In this document: positions 42,114-54,753 of the stretch, in pieces
Position numbering within the stretch: the first letter of the stretch is position 1
Layout of the letters: the number at the start of each line of letters is the position of its first letter
DNA from: Lingula anatina
Taxonomy: Eukaryota; Animalia; Brachiopoda
Direction: 5' to 3'
Length of the DNA stretch: 64,000 nucleotides
Assembly (NCBI GenBank): GCA_051362555.1
Contig: CM120640.1
Coordinates: forward strand, 32,135,967-32,199,966
The notes under the pieces: model-generated
Told to the model about the DNA's origin: nothing
Database searches by the model: none
The model's input: the letters and a program-made list of their open reading frames with translations, nothing else
Made by a program: the position numbers and the translations under genes

Positions 42114-45100
42114 ACTAATAGTGCAATGTATAAAAGCAACCGATTTTGTGTGTCAATTACCATAGAAAGAAATTTAACAACACATTTTATTGACTCGTGT
42201 TCCAATGTGTCCGAGTCATTAGGTTAACCTAGCAAACTATGCCAAAATGTTGATAGAATATACCACAAAAAGTCCACATTTAGTATTTTCTTATCTTAAT
42301 CAAACAATTAAAAAATAAGAATACTTTTTACTAATAGTAATATTCTATTATTAAAAACAGCCTTCAAAACTTTTATAGATTTCATTTCTCCACAGAAAAA
42401 AACCTTGAAAACATAACAATTATTCATCAAAGCAGAAGTTTTTTGGCTGTGTCATATTTTCAATGAAGAGTAGAACAATGGAACTTTCATGCAAGTCTGC
42501 AATCTAGCTAGATATGAGAACAAAATTAAATTTGCAATCAATAACCCCCCTTTTTTGCATTAAAGAAACATTAGCTAGAGCATTACCTAGTTACACGATC
42601 TTGTGCAGGTATTAACTTTGAGATTAAATCAAAGATCAATATACCCAACATTTTTCTATTCATAGCCTGTTTGTTATAACCAGGTCCTCTATTAACATGA
42701 TGAAATTTGAAAAAAAAAAAAGAGTCAAGGAGTCAAAATATGCCAGTAACTGATATGGCCTGGAACAAGGCAAGCACGATCTTTTATGTGTGACTGTGCA
42801 GATCAATAAAAGCTTCTATTGAAATAAAAATATAGATAACAGAATGGCAGAATTCAAAATTACCTGAAACACTCTGTCCACATGATCTCGTATTGTATTT
42901 TCATCCACAAATGGCTCCGAACACCTTCCCATGAGATCATATATAGCTGTTATAATACTCGTCATTTCATCTTTTGAAATCACACCATCATTATTGATGT
43001 CATACAGAGAGAAAGCCCACTGGAGTTTCTCCTGCAAGGAGCCTCGAGACAATACTGATAGACCAACCACAAACTCCTGGAGAGAGAAAAAAATAGAATA
43101 GCAGTTGTCAAAAATTGCCATCTGCCTTTTTTTCTGTTAAATTATTGTTTAATTATATCAAGATTTACAGCTTTTAATCTGGACATAAAAAAGAAGCCAC
43201 AGTTATGTATAACAAGTAATTTAAGCTTACAACAAAGAGATGATACAATCTTTAGTATAATTAATCTACTGGCGTCACGATCCCCTGACCAAAAGAAAAA
43301 TGAGCTCTCTCAAATCTTTAAATCTAGTAACCAACTACACATGACCTACCACAAGATACATATTTTCATTGAAACTAATTATGTTTTATTTATTCTCTCT
43401 TTGGACCAGCATATAATGTCACGTTATAAAAAAAGCTTGCAATATTCATAATCCAGGACCACATGAAAGCAAATTTACTTCAAAGCTAATGGATCCATTG
43501 TTGTCTCTGTCAAACGTGCTGAACACATAATGTGCATACTGGCTGGATTCTGAAACAATATAAAAAGCATACGGATATAGTACACCAAGTCAATGAACAG
43601 GTGGATGAAAGGGATGAATATCATCGCTTGGATCAACCTTGACCCAAGTTATGACAACAATATCTGGTTTTCTGCACTCTGACCATAGGCTCTTATTAGC
43701 TTAAACATGATCAGTCAAATGCTGTTTGTGATGATCTAATGAAGATAATCCCTAATTCAATATACATTGATTAATACTGTATGAGATAAACAATTATTGT
43801 TTTAAGTAAATTTGCTTCTAAAAGTTGGATTCTTTGAGATTTAAATCTGGTCAAATTTTCTTAATTCAAATTTCTATTGAATTATCCAAACAATGGATTT
43901 ATTTTCAAAACAATCAAAGAATGTTCAAAACAGGTCTAACAGTTTAGATTTAAATTTAGTTTAGACAACAAAAATTTTACAAGATAAAAAACAGTGAATA
44001 TTATTTGCTAAATTTTTATGTTAACATGAAGGTGAAGGCTAAACATATTTAAATGGAAATTGACATTTTGAAGGACACAAATGGTACCAAAAAGTGATGA
44101 TAAAAATCTATGTAAATCTAGAAAAAATCTACTAAAATACTGTAAAAAAAATAGATATTAAGATGATATAACTAGGTAGGAAGAAGTTAGCTCCTTGCTT
44201 TTGTTTCACATACTAGAAAAAGAAAGCTTTAGTTACAAAACTCAAACTTTATTTTGGAAATGTGAAATCAAGAAATTTGGAATATCCATCAAGAACATAC
44301 AATAGTAAAAGTGTAAGGATAATGAACAGCACTTATGTGCTGTTGTTTACTGTAGTTAACCTGAATAAGCAAAAATAATATGAAAACAATATAAAAAAAT
44401 CTCATCAAGAAACCTACAGTCACGAGTGGTGGACTTAAAGGACAATCTCCAATCAAAGTGAAGTTAGGAGAAACTCATGCTTCTTTCACTGTGAATTCAA
44501 AGGGCAATGCAATGAAACTTGGTTTTCGTGAAATGAGCAACCCTGGTGAGCAATGTACACAAATATGATATAAAACATGGACAATCAAGAAGAAAAAAAA
44601 CTCAAAGCAGACATACATGTATATTACATTCTAGTCAATGAGCAATGCACTTAGTGGATATAAATTCAAAATTTTACAAAGCTACAACATGTTTGTCTAT
44701 TATCTCTTTATTATATTCCCTGTCATTATTCTGTCGCTATCAAAATTTGAAAAAAAGTGTGAAGAGAGTATGGGACATATACAAAATTTGCTAATATATT
44801 ATTTTTTTCATTGTCTGACTGTAGGTTCCTCTGACAATCATTTCCAAAATATAAAATAACATTTCAAAGTATTTATGAACATAAAAATAGATTAGATTCT
44901 TGAAAAATGATCTGACTTAAATAGTTTATGAGTATCACATTATGGAAACTTGGGCAGTTATGGTACTAACTGACACAGCTTAAAGCTAGAAAGAAGCCAA
45001 CAGCATCAAAAATATCACATGAAAAAAAATTCTGTTCGGGGAAAAAACAGGTCATCATATACAAAGGGATTTTTAAAAAATCAACGGGTAACCAAGTAGC

Positions 45101-48100
45101 AATCAGAAGCTTTTTTCACGTGATATTTTTTGTTGACACGTTTAATGTTTCTATAAGCCATTGTTATCACAGAACTGTAGGAAGACTGGTACATGGACAT
45201 CACTGTATGCGATAAAGCTCAGGGGAGGCGGAAGCACCTTCAGGGACATTAGGCTAACTGAACCTGTGCTCTCATAACACTTGACACACACAAGGTTGAA
45301 CATAGTCACATGAATCCTACAAGAGGTCAGTCACCTCAACATGTCCACGACCTCAAAAAGGTCATGACCACAGAATTCATTGGACAAAGGTCAATGACCT
45401 CAAAGAGGTCATGGTCTTAAAGAACTTTTATCCAATGTAGTTATTAACCTAAAAAGCCATCAGGTCATTAAGGCCAATACAAAGGTCAAGCCTTACTGAC
45501 CATGCACATGTCTTATAATATGTACCAAGTGTAATGGGGGCAGCACAGTCTGGACAATAGGACCCGTGTGTTCTTGATCTCAGTGGCTGTCATGCAATAC
45601 ACGTTGGGAATGATAAAGCTAAGGCACTTTCGCTCTACTCATCAGTTTGTTTCACTTTTACAGATATACACGGCAGCAGTATCTTAAAAATTATTGTTGG
45701 TTGTACGATTATTTCACAGACACATTAAAATAATGTCAACAGAGACATGGAAGCGAAATCAACCAAATTGCACATTTATTGGAGTTGCGTATGGTAATAG
45801 CCCTCATGCACCTCACTACAGTTAAGACATATAAAGATAATACATCTGATTTATCACTTGGTCATAATGTGTATCTGTAGATTCTTGCTAAGTTTGATCT
45901 TACTCTATTGACTGTAGCATCTGCAGAATGTTTTGTCTAAAGACTGTGAATTAAAGGTAATCATATTTTCAAAACCTAAACTAATTTTGGATACATAAGT
46001 GTAATTTCAATGTTTAACAGAGAACAATTAATGCTTGTAAATTACGAGGAGTTCATTTATCAAAGATGTAGCATTATATTTAAGTAAAAAGAAAATCATT
46101 GTATACCCATTGTGAGATAGAGTAAAGGTTCGACTTAGAATAGCTGTTGGCAAATTTCAGCATGGCAAAGAATACAAGACAAAAGGAATTGCAGTGCCTT
46201 TTTTTTTTTGTACATAAAATCAAACTGACCTGCCTGAAGTAAAATACACAATGTCATAATGTTGTGTTTGCCTGATGTTACTTTAAGCTGAAAGTTACCA
46301 CAGCAAAACTAAGTTTGTGATCAATATTTCTCCTTACTGTAACCAGCAGCAGACTAATTTCTATGGACTAATTTATTCTGTTCTAATGACATAAAATATA
46401 TTACATGAAAAGATAGAATTTATATTATTAAGTGTCAAAAAAATACCAGTTGTTGCATGACAGGTAAAAAATTGGCTGTTTACTTTTAATTTTTCCATGC
46501 CATACTGATTAAAAAAAACCTGGGTTAAAACAGAATTTATTACTCTATACCTATCATTCACCCCCATTTTTGAAGCAATGAAACTGCCTAGATGCACAAC
46601 TTTCCTTATCTTGTTTGGGAAGGCTTGCACTATAATTAGAGGTAAGCATCTTTTTATTTGCTGTACACTTAAACATCTGAGGCCTGATAGAATTCTGATG
46701 AGAAACACAGCAAGACCACCCCTGGGGGGAATTCTAGCTGCAGTTATTTTGGACAACTTGAAAGCTTGAGCAAAGAGAATGCCAAAGAGGCCTTTTAATA
46801 TCCCTGCTTGGGTTTGTATAGACTTTTGGATAAGTTCAAGTCCATAAGTTTCCAATAAAAATGTCAACATCATGATTGGAAGATGTATCAGTAATAAAAT
46901 ATCACATTCACATTACTTCTTTTTCCATTTTGAAAAACACTGGTCACATATATTTTTGGTTCAAAACTTTAGAAAAATATTCATAAATGTAAATTTGTGT
47001 TTTCCTCCATACATACACAATATATGTGATATGTAAAATTAAAACAACCAGCCATAATCTACAGAAATAGTGCAAATAATATTTGCATTGTATGTTTATA
47101 GGGTATTCACAAAGAATTTATAGTCTAAACATAAAGAGGCATCAAGCGACTTGGCCAATTCTAATTTATCGAACAGAATTCAAGTGTATATTTTAAACAT
47201 AATTGGTTTACATTTATTTATTTAAACTGTATTAAATGGTAAATGATGACATTTACACATACTTCTTTATTCCTTAATTGTGAAATAAAGAGAAATTAAA
47301 AGAAACTCGGCTTACCTTATCATCATTGCAGATCAAATATTGCACATACATGATGTAGCGTATATTTTAGGAACACTATCATATCTTGTTTGAGAAAAAA
47401 ATAATAATAAAAAGTAATAACTGTGCACAAGTGATAAATGCAAATTGTATAAACAAAACAATAGCAAATAGAAAGCTTTTTGATCAAAAGCTAAGTTAAG
47501 AATATCAACATGCATGTCTTGTCCTACCAAAAATACGATGACTATGGGGTCACAATAACTGTCCACATGAGAGGAACATGAAGGAAGCATTATTATGACA
47601 AGGTCCTAAATCATTTGTGATAAGACAAGTTTAAAACAATTGCTATGATACATAAATAATGCTCAAAAGCAGCCACAGGATCAAGTTAAAAGGTCCATCA
47701 ATGGGGATTCACATGCTCCAGTTAATACAGCTTGTCCCCTAACTGTGCCATGTGTTGTGGTCAAAATTAACTGTTTTCTTTCTTATAAAAAAAAACTAAA
47801 AATGGTGTATTCTTTCACTTAATTGATATCTATAAATAATAAATGAATAAAATAATAATAATAAAATGAAAATAAGAAGTTTTGTTTTTTTTTTTTCACT
47901 TTTCTTCTAACAAAATATTTTTAGCATTATGTAAATAATTTAATTTGCTGACAGTATGACTACAGTTCATCTGTTCCCAACCACAAGGCACTTTCTAGGG
48001 AGCATAGTCTATACTAACAGCATGACAAAAAGCTGAATAAAAAACGGTAGTAGTAATAATAGTATGATGATGATGATGATTAAATTGGGAGTAAAAAAAA

Positions 48101-51100
48101 AAGAGTCCCTGTCCCCTTGAGCCTTACCACGTCCAGGTTGACCTGCATACTCACCACCTTGCGGGAAGAACTGGGCATAAATTTCCTTGAATGTCTCTTC
48201 GTTAACTATCCCAGTGGGGCATTCCTGGAAGCAGAGAGAGATAGAGAACAAAATCAAGAGGACATCAATTAGAACTAAGTGATTCATTGTATAATTGGTA
48301 TTCCAGAGAATGTAATGGTTTTTCACTAATCTTTCCTTTCCAATCAGACTCTGAGCTGGGTCATATGGAATTTTTGTTGCATGCAAACAAAGAAAACATT
48401 TCTAAAGGTGATAGATTTTTATGTGCTTATTTTTCTGTAATTTGCAGCTTTGACTACATACAATAAAGCCATCATGTTTTTTGTAAATTGAAAAGTCTAC
48501 TGTAGCCCAATTTCCTTCTTCGCCATTATGGCATAAAACCCCAAAAGGACTTGTAATGTAAAGTATATTAGATTACTGCCAGGGCAGGCTGGTTGGAAAG
48601 AACATCACGGAAAGAAGAAGAGATTTTTCAACTTGGCAAATCTAATTTTGGTCAGGGCGTATTGTATGTTGTTTCCCCAAGTTCTAGTTTTATACCATCA
48701 AGCAAGTAGATCTCATCTTCAGTCAATAGCACTGGTCAATAGCAATCACACTTTGTGCCTCAAAGCCAAAATCAAGAAAAATAATTATTGAAAAGAAGCG
48801 GACACTGGCCATGTTTTGAACGTCTGACTTTTTGGACTGAATGATCAAGAATTGACAGTCGGCAAAAGTGTTCACTTAAAAATAGGCACAGGAACTTTAC
48901 AGAAAAAAGTTGTACTTTTAATTTGTTCCTCTGTGGTTTATTGTAAATGCATTTCTGGGCAACTAAGGAAACATTTTTTTCATAATTATGCCAAAAATGT
49001 CATCTCATATACATCACTGTCACTTCCTGATATTTTGTAAATCAATAATACAAAATAAATAAATAATCTAAATGTAATTTTCAATACATAACAAACATGA
49101 AAAATTGGAACAATTAGATACTGAATGCAATGGACAAGTAAAAGTACTCTTCTTCACTCATCATAAATGTGGCACAGGTTTGGGTAGAAGGGCTTTATTT
49201 CACTGCAACTTAAAACACCAACATGTAAACAAACAGGGGAAAATGTGCATGTAAATCTAAGTGGCTTTTTTTTTTTTTTTTGATGGAAGTTACTTTTAAT
49301 AAAAACCAAGAAAATGAAATCAAAACACGTAGTCAAAATACCATGAAAGAAATTGTCATTAAAGAACTGAGAGTGCAATGTTTGTGTACCAACAGGTATG
49401 AATTATAAAACCTTGCATACACCTTGACAGTATTCATAGAAACCAACACTGTAACAGGGAGCATCAAAGTTGCAATGGTGGTATACTTTTGCACTTAAAA
49501 AAAGAAAAAAAGAAAAAAAAAAACCTTCTGTCTCCTTTTACGGTATGATAACACAATATACTGTTCATGCTAATAGCATGGTGCTCATAGGCATATCATG
49601 TGCAAATCAGGTGTCCATCACACAGAAAATAAATTCTTATTCTGTTTCAGTACTTTATTTTCGGAATAATCAGCTCTAGTTAATACACACTTATAGCACC
49701 ATGCTGCAGGTAGCCAAGGCAGTGTCAGGAAATGGCAGAAGCACATAAAACAACCCTTAGCAGGGGAAGACGGAAGCACATACAACGACCCCCAACAACT
49801 TTCATGATAAATCACGAATTGTAAGGCATCTAGCAGAGTACATGGGCGTGCAGAGGTAGAATTTTCAGTTCCTCTCACAGCTTGTCAGGTAAACAGAGCA
49901 CTGGGAGATCCAGGAGATCAAGCAGAAAGGAGCCCTTTTGGCCCCCCTCCCCTTTTATCCCCTTTCCCCATCCCCTACCCCCAATAAAGAAAAATTCAGA
50001 ATGAATGGCACAATTTGAAACTTTTTTCTGCAATGAGCACATGGAACATGCTTCTGTGGGCCCACGCCTTTTCTCCCATTATAGGCTATAGGGACAAAAG
50101 CTTGATTCACCATTTTGTTTTCCAAAAATAGTGGGGACACACTCCCTGGATGGGTCATGGCTAATAAGATGTCACTCTCTCAATGCGGACCGATCCAGTT
50201 ATGCATAACAATCTCTATACAAAAAGGGCTTATAAATGGGAGATAAGGCTGAAAAGAAAGTTCCACATGCATTTGGAAGTGCCTTTGTAATTACATAGGT
50301 CTATGCAAGTTACCTTCTGATTTTCTTTTTGAGACACAGAAAGTCCAACAGTTACAGCCACCTAAATGAACAATATACAACAATGAAGGGGAAAACAAGA
50401 CAATATACTAAGGCAGCTAGCACTGTTGTATGTACTACTTGCTTTAGGCTGAACAAGATAAACAGCTATGGAAATAGAGTGATGCTATACACAAAGACAG
50501 AAGCAAAGATAACATACTGGCATCTAACCTTAGCTAAGATGCACTAAGCTATCTAATGTAACCAGTTTTAATCAATAATACTTATGTCTGTGCTTTTTTA
50601 AAAACAAAATCTACTGTAAAGCTCTATCAAATCCCTGCCTTTTTTAACTGGTTTTAAAAGACAGTTCCAAATATATGCTGTCTGAAAGCAAAGGTGGCAT
50701 GCAAGCAGGGCGTAAGACTAAACCCTAAATCCCACTACTTCCAGTCCCATCATGCACATGTGTATTTTAAAACCTAACACAAATCAATCTGAAAGGCAGT
50801 GAAAGGCATAGCTCCCACATAACACAAGGGTCACCGGGATGTTTTTATTAAAGACGTAATGACGTCACAGTTGTCGAATTTCACGCCTGAGAACACTGCT
50901 ACCTTACAATCGGGCCCCATAGGCAATATCTATACCTTGCTTCAGCTCACATTCGATTTGTCTTCAAAACTCATCCTTCATAAAGAGTTTACCTGATAAA
51001 CGCATCATGTGCTAGGGTGCCAGTGCATGCAGGTGTAAAATTTAATGAGCCAATTGACTGAACTGATATATTTTCATAGTTTTCTTTCAAGAAGTGCTTC

Positions 51101-54100
51101 CGCAACTGCATTTATTTCAACAAACTGTGGATATTGATTTCATTTAGGCACAGACCAGGGACTGCAATAAAGAGTAAAAAAAAAACTCTACATGTGATCC
51201 TAAACTGTGTTAATTCTAACAATGTGACAAAATAACCTCATTCAGATCACAGGATTCAAATTAAGGATAAATAAAGATATCAAAAGTTTCCTTTCCAACA
51301 CCAAAAATATGTATTTTTTTAAAAATCTTAATGACCCAAGTCCTTAACATATTATTTATTTATAATATTATGTAACATGTTATAGAATAATAATGCACAT
51401 GATGCAATGATCTCTGCCAAGTATGTCAACATATACTGTTTATAGAAGAGGAACTAAATGAAGGATCACAAGGCATACTCTTTTCAACAAAATGCAGTGG
51501 AAATGTTAAGAGCCTAGTGCAGGAAATCTTAATATTTCTTTTCAAAAAGCAGCTAGGACCTATTGATTCATAAGTCGGAAAGACACCATTCTAGAGAAGT
51601 AAGGACTGTTTTGTCAAACCCACTGAATACCTAGGACTCTGAAAATGTTTGTTTTTGTGGCACGTTATGTCATAATCTTGTCCAATATTTATTTCAAATC
51701 AATATCTGCCTGTATACTTTCTTTGATTAATCTTTGCATTTTGAAACACAAGGCATCTTACATAAACGTTCAACTGCACTTACACGTATAGCTTAAACCT
51801 CATCATTGGCATTGGCTTGAAATACCACAAAAATGATCTTTACAAAAAATACTGGACATATCCACTTTTTAGCCTTCAAATATCATGATGAAGAAGAAAT
51901 TTACAAAAATTAATTCAACTTTTTACAGTGCTAATGGATTCATAGAATATAATCACACATGATCATTATTTTACTTCTGGATCCAAATTGGAGAAATATT
52001 TTTTCTTGAATATATGTATATCGTTTTCACTTTTTTTGTTCTAAAAAAGAAAAAAAAAATGGCACAAAATAATGTCAAGCCAATCATATCAATAAATCAT
52101 GGCAAATAAATTGCCATGAAACAAGCATAAAGCAGCATACTCATCTTCTTCATATAAAGGTCATCCCCCTGTTGACAATCTGAGAGAATAGGCGATCAAT
52201 TTCCAATTCTCAGATAAATGTGCTTAGACAGGCCTTCATTGAAATAAAAAACAACCTGAAGCAATTCATCAGTTTAGGAAATGTAATTTGTTTGTGAAGA
52301 AAACAACAAAGACATAAGTGAGATGAGTAGAATTAACAGAGTTTTCCCAACCTTGGCGAGCTGCTTTTGCTTTAAAATATACTCCACAATTCTTTGTTCT
52401 AACCTTGAAATTGTGGCAATGAAAAGATATGGAATGTTTTAATATATATTCAAATATGCTGCAAAATGCCCGCCCCACCTGCATGCACATATGTATATAT
52501 GATTCAGTTCTTTATAAGGTACATATACAAGGGTTTTATTTAACATAATTCATGTTCCTAATTTGAGAAGGTTACCAAATTCTAAAGGACAAATCAGGTT
52601 TTACTGAAGATTTTGGAAATGAACAGACTGCACATAGAGATCTAATGATTACTTTCCACTCAAAACACGATCATAAATACTATATGCCAACACCTCAATA
52701 AACACTTGTTACTCAATGCCTTCAATTAATGAAGTGTCAACTTTCAAAATCTAACTGTGAAAAAAGAAAAGAAGTGGAGAGCTTCTACATAATTTACCCA
52801 TCACACTAAAAATGGAAAAGCCCAGATTTTCAGAATGGTAGGGCTGAATTTCAGAAAGAGTAAACAGCAGGTTATCCCAAATCAATATGTCACAAAGCAA
52901 AGCACTAAGAATCCCCAGGGCTTTATTGATGTGACATACACTGAATATATCATTCTGATTCAAAGATGGAAAATGCTGTTTCAACAAAGGACAATAAACC
53001 ATATCTAGGAAATGAGGAGGAGGAGGAAATTATCAGTGATATATTTTTTTATTTGTACCTATGTCACAGTGTTTTAGTGCGTGAATCCTCCGTGGAATCT
53101 TATTATCTCACGAGTACATAATCTCTGGAGTTTACTTCACCACAGGGGTGTTCAAAAGTTCAAGAGTTGGGGGATGAGACTGCCTTTTAGAGAAAAAGTC
53201 GGAAAATATGGCCTGGGTTCCTGGGGGACTCCAATGGTATTTTTATGACTCCCAAAAAATTGGAAATCCATGAAAAGTTGAAAAAATATCATCCCTGTAA
53301 AATGGTAGTCCAAAAGTTCAAACAGTACATTTGTTTCTTCCCCTGCCTATTCATGCTGTTTACTTATCTATGTAGCTCCCCCCTCCCCCACTCTGGCCCC
53401 CTTTAAGAAAAATTTGGAAATAAATCATTTATTGGATATACTGTAAAAATGTATGCACATTTTCATCAAAGAATGACAGTGTCTCTGACTTTGAAAAGCT
53501 AAAAGCTCTGAAGACTAATTGCATCCTGGGGAAAACAGATAAATGATCAAATGGAAAGTTGTACAATGTAATACCCCTATGGATCAATTCTAAATACAAG
53601 CAAGCCTCCTTGAAAACTACATATCATTATCACTGAAAAAAAAAATTTAACAGTGAAATGAAGATGAAACTTTTTTCTCGTGTAAAGTGGCATTTTTTAT
53701 TATGATGATGGATAGTATATATATGCTACATGTATTTAGAATATGTATCCATCACTCTTTACAGAATGTAAAAGCTGGATTATGCCCTTGGGCTTATGGA
53801 ACTATTAATTTTGAAAAAAAAAAAAAAAACAGAAAAAGAAAAAAATCTAACCGACCTTATCCCCCAAGGGCTCATTTATTGATTTTGGTAAGAAGAGGTT
53901 AAAACCATTAATTAGGAAAGTTGGAGGCAAACAAGCTAGGCATGGGAGCAGATATATCATAATCACAAAACTTGGTTATATCAGTCCTGTTAGAACTTAT
54001 ACTTCACAGAAATGGGGCTCATAAGAAATTAGACAGAAAGGCTCACAAATGTCCAGATGAATTAATGGCAAAGATAAAATCAATATCTGTTAATACACAA

Positions 54101-54753
54101 TGTTCACAAAAAACAATAAATTAATACAGGACCTGAAAACCCTAAGATGAGTGAGTACACAGTAAGTTAAGGTCACAAACATATCTGCTGGTTGTAATTT
54201 CATATCTCTAAAATATCCATTAGGTTCACACTAGCTGTAGCCAATTAGATGAATTAATTAGATTGTTCATGTTATCAATAGAGTCAAAATGGTGACAAAT
54301 GGGCAATTTAAAACAATTTTTTTTTCTTATACGTATAAGCCAAAGTATATCAACTATACCATTTGGCGCAATTTAAAATGTTGGCATAGGCCTTGATCTA
54401 ACCACACACAGGTAAGAAACACCTATCTGAACAACAAATTACCAAGATAATCTGAAAGCCTTATGAAAAATGCTTTTCCGTGCCCAGTAAGAAAAAAAAA
54501 TTGATTACCATCCCTTGAAAGAAAGAATTTGTGCGTGCATGCATATACGAGTGTACCACCTGTGCTATTACTATCATTTATGCAACAACTTCTACTGAGG
54601 TAATGGATACGGTGCCATGTAGTCTTACCTGTTTGAACCCCCTATACATTATCTGTAACTCCTTCCTTGAAAATTTGGTATTGCGGCACAATGCATCCAG
54701 CCCCTCTGGCTTGTAACGCACCACTTGCATCTCCAAGTCGTCCAGGTCATTGT
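33817..54753 (-). CDS. KCNIP: Kv channel-interacting protein (KChIP/KCNIP, neuronal calcium sensor family); six coding exons, ~196 aa visible, N-terminal exon(s) not identified
   Basis: Exons of 125, 70, 71, 213, 63 and 48 nt with GT-AG boundaries splice in frame to [196 protein letters not shown]. Typical KChIP motifs: PEGL..L...TKF...ELQ..YRGFK.ECP.G, and EF-hands. Confidence 0.96.
40786..40804. repeat. (CA)n microsatellite
   Basis: About 9 AC units. Confidence 0.85.
41916..41978 (-). CDS. KCNIP: KChIP exon, EF-hand 4 ([21 protein letters not shown])
   Basis: 63 nt, CAG| acceptor, |GTAAGC donor, canonical EF loop. Confidence 0.96.
42083..42114. repeat. (TAAA)8 microsatellite
   Basis: Direct reading. 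Confidence 0.9.
42864..43076 (-). CDS. KCNIP: KChIP exon, EF-hand 3 region ([12 protein letters not shown]...DHVDRVFQ)
   Basis: 213 nt, pyrimidine tract + CAG| acceptor, |GTAATT donor; lies within ORF 42816..43121. Confidence 0.97.
43479..43549 (-). CDS. KCNIP: KChIP exon, EF-hand 2 ([24 protein letters not shown])
   Basis: 71 nt, TTTCAG| acceptor, |GTAAAT donor, phases 1 to 0; read directly from sequence (not in the ORF track). Confidence 0.95.
45324..45502. promoter_or_regulatory. Cluster of AGGTCA/TGACCT nuclear-receptor-type half-sites including a perfect IR1, in a KChIP intron
   Basis: AGGTCA at 45324, 45359, 45388, 45406, 45462 and 45483; AGGTCAaTGACCT at 45388-45400; AGGTCATGACCA at 45359-45370. 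Confidence 0.4.
48155..48224 (-). CDS. KCNIP: KChIP exon, EF-hand 1 ([23 protein letters not shown])
   Basis: 70 nt, TTCCAG| acceptor, |GTGAGT donor; CPxG motif of the non-binding EF1 of NCS proteins. Confidence 0.96.
50860..50867. promoter_or_regulatory. Consensus CRE palindrome TGACGTCA
   Basis: Exact match; function unknown. Confidence 0.2.
54629..54753 (-). CDS. KCNIP: KChIP first conserved core exon ([10 protein letters not shown]...YRGFKQ)
   Basis: 125 nt, TTTTTCAG| acceptor (phase 1), CAG|GTAAGA donor. Confidence 0.96.

Noticed and set aside
46373-46873. 166-aa minus-strand ORF in a KChIP intron
   Set aside because: No recognisable domain, and it is not needed for the in-frame KChIP splice path.
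53140-53300. Possible small TIR element (CAGGGGTG...CATCCCTG)
   Set aside because: TIR match is short and no TSD is visible.
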